29,974 nt of DNA. Source: an uncultured Lachnospiraceae bacterium (GTDB lineage: Bacteria > Bacillota > Clostridia > Lachnospirales > Lachnospiraceae). Shown here piece after piece: positions 1-7,800 of the stretch. The stretch's first letter is position 1; each line of letters opens with the position of its first letter. Both the position numbers and the translations under genes were made by a program. Below the pieces are notes generated by a model, which saw only the letters and a program-made list of their open reading frames with translations, was not told where the DNA came from and did no database searches. Location: contig CAMODS010000001.1 in NCBI GenBank assembly GCA_946611525.1, positions 1 through 29,974 on the forward strand, read 5' to 3'.

Positions 1-1977
1 TTACATGCGCCATTCGAGGCGACCGGGGACCAGCCCCGGGCAATAGATGAATTAGTTGAGGGTTTCAAGCGGGGCAACCAGTTTGAAACCCTTCTTGGCG
101 TGACGGGGAGTGGCAAGACCTTTACCATGGCCAATGTCATAGCAAAGCTCAACAAGCCCACCCTCATCATTAGTCACAACAAGACTTTGGCGGGACAGCT
201 TTACTCTGAGATGAAGGAGTTTTTTCCGGAAAATGCTGTAGAGTATTTTGTCTCCTACTACGATTACTATCAGCCGGAGGCCTATGTGCCCCAGACAGAT
301 ACGTATATCGCAAAGGACTCTGCCATCAATGATGAGATAGACAAGCTCAGACTTTCTGCCACTGCATCCATGTCTGAAAGAAAAGATGTGATAATCGTTT
401 CATCCGTTTCCTGTATCTACGGTATTGGATCCCCTGATGATTATGAAAACATGATGATATCCCTGCGCCCCGGAATGGAGATGGACAGGGATGATGTGAT
501 CCATGCCCTTATTGATATGCAGTACACCAGAAACGACATGGATTTTACCCGCGGTACCTTTAGAGTCAGGGGAGATGTGCTGGATATCATCCCCGCAAAC
601 GTATCTGACTATGCTTACAGGATCGAGTTTTTCGGGGACGAGATCGACCGCATAGTCGAGACGGACATCGTAACCGGGAAGGCCAGACGTGAGATGAACC
701 ATGCAGCCATTTTTCCCGCATCCCATTACGTGGTTCCCCAGGATCGCATAAAGGCGGCCTGCGAGACCATTGAGGAGGAACTGAAAGAGCGGGTGCAGTA
801 CTTCAAGTCCGAGGATAAGCTGATCGAGGCACAGCGTATCTCGGAGCGCACGAATTTTGATGTGGAGATGCTTCGTGAGACGGGATTTTGCAGCGGCATA
901 GAAAACTACACCAGACATCTGAATCCTAAACAAAAGCCCGGCGAGCCCCCTGCCACGCTGATGGATTATTTCGGAGATGACTATCTCCTTATCATAGATG
1001 AGTCGCATATGACGGTGCCCCAGGTCAGGGGAATGTATTTTGGTGACAGGTCCAGAAAGAGCACTTTGGTGGACTATGGTTTCAGGCTGCCCTCTGCCCT
1101 TGACAACAGGCCCTTGAATTTTGATGAGTGGGAGATGAAGCTGGATCAGGTGCTTTTTGTATCTGCCACTCCTGCGGAGTATGAAGAGGAGCATGAGCTT
1201 TTGCGCGCAGAGCAGGTGATCCGTCCTACCGGTCTTTTGGATCCGGATGTGGACGTGCGACCGGTGGAGGGCCAGATAGATGACCTGGTGGCGGAGATAA
1301 AAAAGGAAACCGCCGACCATAACAAGGTGATGATCACCACCCTTACCAAGAGGATGGCAGAGGATCTTACCACCTATATGCAGGAACTGGGGATCAGGGT
1401 AAAGTATCTCCACAGCGACATTGATACCCTTGAAAGAGCAGAGATAATAAGGGATCTGAGACTGGATGTCTTTGATGTTTTGGTGGGCATAAACCTTTTG
1501 AGAGAGGGACTTGATATTCCGGAGATCACACTGGTTGCCATTTTGGATGCGGACAAGGAGGGTTTTTTACGCTCGGAGCGTTCACTGATACAGACCATAG
1601 GTCGTGCAGCGAGAAACTCAAAGGGACACGTGATAATGTACGCGGATACAATGACCGAGTCCATGGAAAAGGCTATCACCGAAACAAAGAGGAGACGTGC
1701 CATCCAGGAGGCATACAATGAAGAGCATGGTATTACTCCCACCACCATAGAGAAAAAGGTGAGAGAGGTGATCGCCATATCCAAGGCTGTGGCAAAGGAT
1801 GAAATGTCCGATGGCAAGGCACCCGAGGAGATGAACGAAAAGGAGCTTAAAGAGCTGATCAAAAAGGTACGTTCAAAGATGGAAAAGGCAGCCACGGATC
1901 TCAACTTTGAGCTTGCCGCCGAATACCGCGACAGGATGGTGGAGCTTAAGAACATGCTGCTTGAGATGCAGGCATAA
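1..1977 (+). CDS. uvrB: Excinuclease ABC subunit B (5'-partial; true start lies just upstream of the window)
   Basis: Frame 1 is open from base 1 ([18 protein letters not shown]...[11 protein letters not shown], Walker A). It has the beta-hairpin [10 protein letters not shown], Walker B IIDESH, helicase motif [24 protein letters not shown] and a C-terminal UVR coiled coil ([13 protein letters not shown]). Confidence 0.98.
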   Translation, partial: LHAPFEATGDQPRAIDELVEGFKRGNQFETLLGVTGSGKTFTMANVIAKLNKPTLIISHNKTLAGQLYSEMKEFFPENAVEYFVSYYDYYQPEAYVPQTDTYIAKDSAINDEIDKLRLSATASMSERKDVIIVSSVSCIYGIGSPDDYENMMISLRPGMEMDRDDVIHALIDMQYTRNDMDFTRGTFRVRGDVLDIIPANVSDYAYRIEFFGDEIDRIVETDIVTGKARREMNHAAIFPASHYVVPQDRIKAACETIEEELKERVQYFKSEDKLIEAQRISERTNFDVEMLRETGFCSGIENYTRHLNPKQKPGEPPATLMDYFGDDYLLIIDESHMTVPQVRGMYFGDRSRKSTLVDYGFRLPSALDNRPLNFDEWEMKLDQVLFVSATPAEYEEEHELLRAEQVIRPTGLLDPDVDVRPVEGQIDDLVAEIKKETADHNKVMITTLTKRMAEDLTTYMQELGIRVKYLHSDIDTLERAEIIRDLRLDVFDVLVGINLLREGLDIPEITLVAILDADKEGFLRSERSLIQTIGRAARNSKGHVIMYADTMTESMEKAITETKRRRAIQEAYNEEHGITPTTIEKKVREVIAISKAVAKDEMSDGKAPEEMNEKELKELIKKVRSKMEKAATDLNFELAAEYRDRMVELKNMLLEMQA

Positions 1978-1984
1978 AAATGTT

Positions 1985-2013
1985 TTGGCAAAACATGGCA
2001 ATTGGTGTAGAAT
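1985..2013 (+). promoter_or_regulatory. Putative sigma-A promoter for the REC-GGDEF-EAL gene
   Basis: TTGGCA (1985-1990), 17-nt spacer, TAGAAT (2008-2013) in the uvrB/next-gene intergenic region. An AAGGGGGA RBS lies upstream of ATG 2069. Confidence 0.6.
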
Positions 2014-2068
2014 AATAGGATAGCGAATATCTATAACAACCTGTGCTGTAACGTAAAGGGGGAACAAC

Positions 2069-3748
2069 ATGGATGAAGAATTGATCTATCTCGGTAATAT
2101 CAAAAGGACTATTCTGGTAGTAGATGATGAGGAGATAAACAGGGAGATCCTCGGCGGCATTTTGGAGGATCATTATGATGTCCTTTATGCGGCTGACGGA
2201 GATGAGGCTCTTTCTGTTATCAACGAAAAAGGTCCGCTCCTTTCTCTGGTGCTTTTGGATCTTATCATGCCAACGGTGGATGGATTCGCAGTCATGGAGG
2301 AGATGCAAAATGATATCATCAGCAGGAATATTCCTGTTATCGTCCTTACCTCCGAGGAGTCTGCCGAGATCGAGAGCTTAAAAAAGGGGGCAGCGGATTT
2401 CATCAAAAAGCCCTACGACATGCCCGAAAAGATCATAGCCAGGGTAAAGCGTATCATTGCTCTTTTTGAGGACAGGATGATCATCCAGTCCACTGAGCGT
2501 GATGAGCTTACCAACCTTTTGACAAAGAGCTATTTTTATGAATATGCGTCACTCCAGGACAAGTTCCATCCCGACCGCAGGATGGATGCGGTGGTTGTAA
2601 ATATCAATCATTTCCAACTGTTTAACGAGCTTTACGGGATGCATGAGGGTGACAGGGTGCTTACCACTATCGCCGGAGCCATAAAGGATTTTACTGAGGA
2701 AAATGACGGCATAGCCGGACGCAGCGAGGGGGATATTTTTTATTTGTATATTCCTCACCGCGACAGCTACGAGGATCTGTCTGAGGCCATCAGGCTGGCA
2801 GTTACACGTGATTTCAGGATCCACAATGTTCAGGTGCGCCTGGGCATAAACGATTCTATTGATGATGACATGCGTATAGAGATGGCTTTTGACCGGGCCA
2901 GGATGGCCGGCAACACCATCAGGACAGACTACAGCAGGACCATAGCATATTATGATGACAAGATGCGCAAGCAGCGCGTGTTTGAGGAGAGGCTGATACA
3001 GGATATCGCAGACGGCATAGCCAGAAACCAGTTCATGGTTTTGTTCCAGCCCAAGTTTGACATCAGAGGAGAAAAGCCAAAGCTGGTTGGGGCAGAGGCC
3101 TTGGTGCGCTGGGATCATCCGGAGTTGGGTCTTGTGTCTCCCGGCAGTTTCATTTCACTATTTGAGGAGAACGGCCTGATACGTTTGGTGGATGATTATG
3201 TATGGCGGGCAGCTGCCATGCAGATCAAAGAATGGAAAGACAAATACGGCGTCTCCATTCCCGTATCCGTAAATGTATCCAGGATAGATATTCAGGATGA
3301 TGGCATCGTGGACAATCTTTTGGAGATAGTAAAAGATGCGGGCATAGATCCCTCGGAGCTTCATCTTGAGATCACCGAGTCTGCCTATGCTTCGGATACC
3401 CGTCAGCTGGTAGAGGTGGTGGAGCAGTTCAGAAAGCATGGCTTCAAGATCGAGATGGATGATTTCGGAGCGGGCTATTCATCCCTCAACATGCTTACAT
3501 CCCTGCCCATCGATGTATTGAAGGTAGACATGAGATTTATCAGCGGAGTCAACGATGACGCGAAGAACCACCGCATGATGGAGCTTATCATGGACATCGC
3601 GGAGTTTTTGGATGTACCGGTGGTGGCAGAAGGTGTCGAGGAAGAGGAGCAGTATGCTACCCTAAAGGATATGGGCTGCGAGATGATACAGGGCTACTAT
3701 TTCTCCAAGCCGGTACCGGCGGATGACATTTGTAATTTTATAGATTAA
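2069..3748 (+). CDS. Response-regulator receiver + degenerate GGDEF + EAL protein (probable phosphorylation-controlled c-di-GMP phosphodiesterase)
   Basis: REC: ILVVDDE, LLDLIMP, VLTS, FIKKP. GGDEF domain (DELTNLL...NINHFQLFNELYGMHEGDRVL) has its signature altered to RSEGDIF. EAL motifs are intact: GAEALVRW, VSVNVS, LEITES, MDDFGAGYSSL, LKVD, VAEGVE, IQGYY. Confidence 0.93.
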   Translation: MDEELIYLGNIKRTILVVDDEEINREILGGILEDHYDVLYAADGDEALSVINEKGPLLSLVLLDLIMPTVDGFAVMEEMQNDIISRNIPVIVLTSEESAEIESLKKGAADFIKKPYDMPEKIIARVKRIIALFEDRMIIQSTERDELTNLLTKSYFYEYASLQDKFHPDRRMDAVVVNINHFQLFNELYGMHEGDRVLTTIAGAIKDFTEENDGIAGRSEGDIFYLYIPHRDSYEDLSEAIRLAVTRDFRIHNVQVRLGINDSIDDDMRIEMAFDRARMAGNTIRTDYSRTIAYYDDKMRKQRVFEERLIQDIADGIARNQFMVLFQPKFDIRGEKPKLVGAEALVRWDHPELGLVSPGSFISLFEENGLIRLVDDYVWRAAAMQIKEWKDKYGVSIPVSVNVSRIDIQDDGIVDNLLEIVKDAGIDPSELHLEITESAYASDTRQLVEVVEQFRKHGFKIEMDDFGAGYSSLNMLTSLPIDVLKVDMRFISGVNDDAKNHRMMELIMDIAEFLDVPVVAEGVEEEEQYATLKDMGCEMIQGYYFSKPVPADDICNFID

Positions 3749-3778
3749 GATCCTTCGGGCTGCGCCCTCAGGATGACA
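3748..3778 (-). repeat. REP-like palindromic repeat, copy 1 (left arm of an inverted pair)
   Basis: Reverse complement reads TGTC-ATCCT-GAGGGCGCAGCCCGA-AGGAT-CT. It has the same tag, stem and flanks as the copies at 3835-3861 and 6952-6978. Confidence 0.8.
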
Positions 3779-3834
3779 AGGGAGAGAAGGAATCCCGCTC
3801 GGCAAATCATGAAATGATTCGCCGAGATTCCCGT

Positions 3835-3861
3835 TGTCATTCTGAGCGAAGCGAAGAATCT
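3835..3861 (+). repeat. REP-like palindromic repeat, copy 2 (right arm of an inverted pair)
   Basis: TGTC-ATTCT-GAGCGAAGCGA-AGAAT-CT, inverted relative to copy 1 with a 56-nt hairpin-forming spacer. Confidence 0.8.
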
Positions 3862-3876
3862 TTAGGAGGACAATGT

Positions 3877-4218
3877 ATGATCACAATAGACGCGCTACGC
3901 GCATATGGTGCCAATGTTGACGAGGGCATTGCCCGCTGTGCCGGCAAGGAGGAGCTCTATCTCAAGCTGGTGGGGCGCATCCCTGATGACAAAGGTTTTG
4001 GAGCACTTCGGGATGCCGTCGAAAGCGGCAATCTGGATGCGGCCTTTGAGTATGCCCATGGTCTAAAGGGCGTTCTGGCAAATCTGTCACTGACTCCCAT
4101 GCTTGAGCCGGTGTCCAGGATCACTGAGTCTCTTCGCGCAAAGGAGGACAGGGATTACAGTGCCGATCTAAATGAAATGGCGGAGGCAAAAGTTAAGTTC
4201 GATGAGCTTTTCACGTAA
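3877..4218 (+). CDS. Standalone Hpt (histidine phosphotransfer) domain protein, 113 aa
   Basis: AHGLKGVLANL matches the Hpt H-x-x-K-G motif in a helical protein. Start moved from 3814 to ATG 3877 because AGGAGGA (3864-3870) precedes it, and the upstream extension (CHSERSEES) is simply the REP repeat translated. Confidence 0.85.
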   Translation: MITIDALRAYGANVDEGIARCAGKEELYLKLVGRIPDDKGFGALRDAVESGNLDAAFEYAHGLKGVLANLSLTPMLEPVSRITESLRAKEDRDYSADLNEMAEAKVKFDELFT

Positions 4219-5119
4219 AGTAGAGGAACCAAAGAAAAAATTACCAATGACAAAAAAGAGATTTATGGTTTATTTCCGGGATTTCTGGATCATCATTCTC
4301 GGAGCTACCATAGTCTCTTTTGCTGTGAAGTACCTTTTTGACCCGGCGGGGATGGTTACCGGAGGGGTATCCGGCCTGGCTATTGTCATAAGGTATCTGT
4401 CCGAGCACTACCTGCCCTTTGTCATACCCCTCTGGGTCAGCAACCTGGTGCTAAATATACCTATTTTTCTTTTTGCATGGTGGACTGAGGGCTTCAAGAG
4501 GATAGTTCGTACCGGACTGGGATTTACGGTCATGACGGTGGAGCTTTATCTTTTCCCTGACTATACCTTTGTGGCGGACAATATGCTTTTGACGTCTCTT
4601 TACGGAGGCATATGCTTTGGTGTGGGTACGGGGCTTTTGCTTATGGCCAAAGCTACCACCGGAGGCACGGATATGCTGGGCAATTCCCTGTCAAAGTACC
4701 TAAGGTCTATCAGTGTAGGACACCTGATAGAGGTTCTTGACGGGGCCATAGTGGTTGTGGGTGCTTTTGTATTCAGCATCGAGCACACTCTTTATGCCAT
4801 CATTTCGGTATTTATCATGGGCCGTGTGACGGACTACATCCTCGACCGGGGTAAAAAGGCCAAGATCACTCTTATCATTTCCCAGAAGCCGGATGAGATC
4901 ACCCGGGAGATACTCTCGGAGATGGACAGGGGAGTTACCAGTATCCAGGGTATGGGAGAATACACCGGCGAGAGCCGCAAGGTACTTATCTGTATATGTA
5001 CCAGACGTGACGTTCCCATGATAAAGGACATCATAAAAGAACACGATCCCAAGGCGTTTTTCATAGTCGGAAACATATCCGAAGCCATGGGTGAAGGTTT
5101 CGTAGAAAAATGGATGTAA
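4202..5119 (+). CDS. YitT-family (DUF161/DUF2179) integral membrane protein
   Basis: Multiple TM segments, motifs GMVTGGVSGLA and ATTGGTD, and C-terminal EMDRGVTSIQGMGEYTGE...DPKAFFIV..ISEAMGEGF. Start is uncertain (4172, 4202 or 4247). Confidence 0.88.
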   Translation: MSFSRKVEEPKKKLPMTKKRFMVYFRDFWIIILGATIVSFAVKYLFDPAGMVTGGVSGLAIVIRYLSEHYLPFVIPLWVSNLVLNIPIFLFAWWTEGFKRIVRTGLGFTVMTVELYLFPDYTFVADNMLLTSLYGGICFGVGTGLLLMAKATTGGTDMLGNSLSKYLRSISVGHLIEVLDGAIVVVGAFVFSIEHTLYAIISVFIMGRVTDYILDRGKKAKITLIISQKPDEITREILSEMDRGVTSIQGMGEYTGESRKVLICICTRRDVPMIKDIIKEHDPKAFFIVGNISEAMGEGFVEKWM

Positions 5120-5122
5120 GTA

Positions 5123-5151
5123 TTTATTTTTGAGAGACAGTGTAGTACAAT
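5123..5151 (+). promoter_or_regulatory. Weak candidate sigma-A promoter upstream of the P-loop gene
   Basis: TTTATT (5123-5128), 17-nt spacer, TACAAT (5146-5151) in a 92-nt intergenic gap. The -35 match is poor. Confidence 0.35.
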
Positions 5152-5211
5152 ATCAGCAATGAGGTCGCTTAGGCGGCACCACGGAAATATAATGATTGGA
5201 GGGTTAGTACA

Positions 5212-5634
5212 ATGGTTTCATTAATCGTAGGAGCAAAGGGAAAGGGCAAGACAAAGCATCTTTTATCAAAGGCCACAGAGCTTCAGAAGGATCTCAAGGG
5301 GAGCATGGTCTATATTGATAAAAACAACAAGCATATGTATGATCTTGACTCAAAGGTTCGTCTCATTGACATGTCCGAATTTTCAATGTCATCCACAGAT
5401 GAGTTCTTAGGTTTTATCTGCGGAGTTATTTCACAAAACAATGATATAGAGGAGATACTTTTAGACAGCTTCCTGGATAATGCACTTATCGACAGCGATG
5501 AGGAGATCGCCACAGCTATCGACAAGATCGACAAGTATTCCAACAAGTATGATGTCAACTTTGTTATCAGCATCTCCAGAAACAAGGACGAGCTGCCCAG
5601 AAAGCTTCAGGATAAGGTAATCGTATCTCTGTGA
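5212..5634 (+). CDS. Small P-loop (Walker A) protein, conserved hypothetical type
   Basis: N-terminal LIVGAKGKGKT (GxxGxGKT) and a possible Walker B EILLD. A GGAGG RBS precedes ATG 5212. Only 140 aa. Confidence 0.75.
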   Translation: MVSLIVGAKGKGKTKHLLSKATELQKDLKGSMVYIDKNNKHMYDLDSKVRLIDMSEFSMSSTDEFLGFICGVISQNNDIEEILLDSFLDNALIDSDEEIATAIDKIDKYSNKYDVNFVISISRNKDELPRKLQDKVIVSL

Positions 5635-5647
5635 TAGGGAGCTTTTT

Positions 5648-6715
5648 TTGGAGAGTCTTGTATTCACAATAGTCATGCCGTCCTACGGGGTGGAGGCTTA
5701 TATAAGGGATGCCATTGAGGATGTGCTGCACCAGTCCTATCGCAGATGGGAGCTTATCGTTGTAGATGATGCTTCCCCGGATCGCACCGGAGCCATTGCA
5801 GAGGAATGTGCCGCCAATGATACCCGTATCAGGGTCATAAGACAGCAGAGCAATAAGGGGGTATCTGCTGCGAGGAACCTGGGACTGTCAGAGGCCAAAG
5901 GCGAGTACATACTGTTTCTGGATCCCGATGACCGTTATGACAGCGAGCTTTTGATGTCCATCTACCAAAAGCTGATGGATGAAAAGGTTGATGTGGTGAT
6001 CTATGGACATACCGAGGACTACCTGAATGCCAACGGTGAATGTGAGTACACCAGAGATTTTTTCCTTCCCACACAGTTTGTGAACGACAAGCGAGTCATC
6101 AGGCATCTGGTGATAGAGCTTGAGGAGATGACCATGTATGGTTATCCCTGGAACAAGGCGTTTTCGGTATCCTATTTGAGAGACATGGGAGTCACTTTTC
6201 CGGATATCGAGCACATAGAGGACATTTTGTTCAACGTGGATGCTTTCAAGCATGTCCACAGTCTGCAGCTCATATCTGACAGACTGTATCACTACATCAA
6301 CAGGGTACAGGATGACAGCCGGGCTACAAGAAAGGTTTTGACGGAGTACTTCGAGCTGCAAAAGATCAGGATCAATGCCATCCGGGATCAGCAGGAGAGA
6401 TGGGGGACAGTGGATGACAGGATGTATACGGTACTGTCATCGGAGTATTTCAGATCCATGTTTTCGATGATGGAGAGAGGGATCCGACAGGGACGGTCCA
6501 AGTCGGACATACTTGCAGAAGCAGAGTCTGAGCGCTCCACGGAGATGTTCGGAGTGCTTTCCAGATATTTAGGAGAGGGTAGCAGGACAGTCAGGTTTTT
6601 ATATACTCCACTCGCCAGAGGCAATTTTAAAAAGGCTTACAGCCGTGCCCGCCTGGTGTCGTGGATCAGGGAGAACTTCCCGTTTATGTTTGCAAAGCTA
6701 AAGCAGGCCAGATAG
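5648..6715 (+). CDS. Glycosyltransferase family 2
   Basis: FTIVMPSYGVEAYI, LIVVDDASPD, NKGVSAARNLGL, DxD motif FLDPDD, and PWNK...EDILFN typical of GT2. TTG start with an AGGGAG RBS. Confidence 0.92.
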   Translation: MESLVFTIVMPSYGVEAYIRDAIEDVLHQSYRRWELIVVDDASPDRTGAIAEECAANDTRIRVIRQQSNKGVSAARNLGLSEAKGEYILFLDPDDRYDSELLMSIYQKLMDEKVDVVIYGHTEDYLNANGECEYTRDFFLPTQFVNDKRVIRHLVIELEEMTMYGYPWNKAFSVSYLRDMGVTFPDIEHIEDILFNVDAFKHVHSLQLISDRLYHYINRVQDDSRATRKVLTEYFELQKIRINAIRDQQERWGTVDDRMYTVLSSEYFRSMFSMMERGIRQGRSKSDILAEAESERSTEMFGVLSRYLGEGSRTVRFLYTPLARGNFKKAYSRARLVSWIRENFPFMFAKLKQAR

Positions 6716-6724
6716 GAGGCGGAC

Positions 6725-6865
6725 ATGACAGAAGAAGGTTTTTTGATATTCTTTGGGATCCTTGTCTTATTAGTGATCATATTTGCTGTGGTTGTGGTAG
6801 TTGCCACAGTGGCAAGTTCCGTGGCAGCCATAGTTCAGGATGAGGATGCTTCCAATAATGAATAG
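6725..6865 (+). CDS. 46-aa single-pass membrane microprotein (not in the ORF track)
   Basis: ATG 6725 to TAG 6865 encodes MTEEGFLIFFGILVLLVIIFAVVVVVATVASSVAAIVQDEDASNNE. RBS AGGAGG at 6714-6719; a terminator follows directly. Confidence 0.8.
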   Translation: MTEEGFLIFFGILVLLVIIFAVVVVVATVASSVAAIVQDEDASNNE

Positions 6866-6872
6866 TAAAGCG

Positions 6873-6907
6873 GGGTCTTCACATTCTGATGTGGAGGCCC
6901 TTTTTTT
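6873..6907 (+). terminator. Rho-independent terminator
   Basis: Stem GGGTCTTCACAT / loop TCTG / ATGTGGAGGCCC (with G-U pairs), followed by T7. Confidence 0.85.
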
Positions 6908-6951
6908 CAACATGAGCGGGGAATTCTGCCGCACCATGCGAAGCTTCCGTC

Positions 6952-6978
6952 TGTCATCCTGATCGAAGCGAAGGATCT
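6952..6978 (+). repeat. REP-like palindromic repeat, copy 3 (solo)
   Basis: TGTC-ATCCT-GATCGAAGCGA-AGGAT-CT is 24/27 identical to copy 2. Two of the three differences are a compensatory pair in the stem. Confidence 0.8.
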
Positions 6979-6996
6979 TTCATATAAGGAAAAACC

Positions 6997-7800
6997 ATGG
7001 AAATAAAAGTATTAGTTGCAGCCCACAAGCCCTGCAGACTGCCAAAGGATCCCATGTACGTGCCCATTCAGGTGGGGGCGGTGGGGAAGCCCTCCATAGA
7101 GGGAATCGGTCTAAGGGACGATACGGGGGACAATATTTCAGAAAAAAATCCATATTACTGTGAGCTTACCGGACACTACTATGCCTGGAAGAATCTTTCG
7201 GCGGATGCGGTAGGGTTGGTGCACTATCGCAGATTTTTATCTGTGGCTCCCTGGATAAAGCGGGCATTTTCAAAAGACAGGATGGAACTGGTGCTAAAAA
7301 GAGGAGAGGCCGAAAAGCTTTTGGAACGCTATGACGCCATTGTTCCGGCGAGACGCAGATATTTTATCGAGAGCCTTTACAGTCACTACATCCATACCAT
7401 AGGTATCGACCACCTGGTCATGGCCAGGGAGATCATCGCTAAAAGCTGTCCGGAGTATATCCCATATGTGGATGAGGCCTACAGCAATACCTGGGGCTAT
7501 ATGTTCAATATGATGATCATTAAAAAGGAATACTATGACGACTATCTTTCCTTTTTGTTTCCGGTGCTTTTTGCACTGGAGGAAAAAATAGACACGGATG
7601 TGCTGTCGGACTTTCACAAGCGCCTTTATGGCAGGGTGTCCGAGGTGCTTTTCAATGCCTGGGTGATGAAGGCAAAAAAGGACGGTATGAGACTTAAGGA
7701 GGTGGCATACATGCCCCTTGACAGAGAGAACTGGATCAAAAAGGGCAGTGCATTTTTAATGGCTAAGTTTGCCCACAAAAAATATGAGGAGAGCTTTTAG
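6997..7800 (+). CDS. DUF4422 glycosyltransferase (GT111-like; possibly a galactofuranosyltransferase)
   Basis: IKVLVAAHK, YVPIQVGA, DDTGDNISEKNPYYCELTGHYYAWKN, VGLVHYRR, FNMMI, RLYGRVSEVLFNAW are characteristic of DUF4422. Donor specificity is inferred from family knowledge only. Confidence 0.85.
   Translation: MEIKVLVAAHKPCRLPKDPMYVPIQVGAVGKPSIEGIGLRDDTGDNISEKNPYYCELTGHYYAWKNLSADAVGLVHYRRFLSVAPWIKRAFSKDRMELVLKRGEAEKLLERYDAIVPARRRYFIESLYSHYIHTIGIDHLVMAREIIAKSCPEYIPYVDEAYSNTWGYMFNMMIIKKEYYDDYLSFLFPVLFALEEKIDTDVLSDFHKRLYGRVSEVLFNAWVMKAKKDGMRLKEVAYMPLDRENWIKKGSAFLMAKFAHKKYEESF

Noticed and set aside
400-1413. 337-aa minus-strand ORF and the other long antisense ORFs (e.g. 1374-1991, 11314-11925, 12467-13150, 14023-14580, 28674-29309)
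   Set aside because: They lie entirely opposite well-supported genes, have no recognisable motifs or RBS, and are the expected shadows of codon bias.
3796-3830. Possible c-di-GMP-I riboswitch (GGCAAA...GAAA hairpin) next to a c-di-GMP phosphodiesterase gene
   Set aside because: Only the GGCAAA and GAAA fragments resemble the motif. The expected GACGCAAAG segment and second stem with tetraloop receptor are absent (it reads TTCGCCGAG), and the hairpin is enclosed by REP arms. An Rfam cmscan would settle it.
3814-3876. N-terminal extension MIRRDSRCHSERSEESLGGQC on the Hpt ORF
   Set aside because: It is the translation of the REP repeat. The strong RBS points to ATG 3877.
5643-5650. T7 tract at the GT2 start as a phase-variation switch
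   Set aside because: It is too short for efficient slippage and lies at or before the start codon, so it would not shift the frame. Similar T-runs are common throughout the window.
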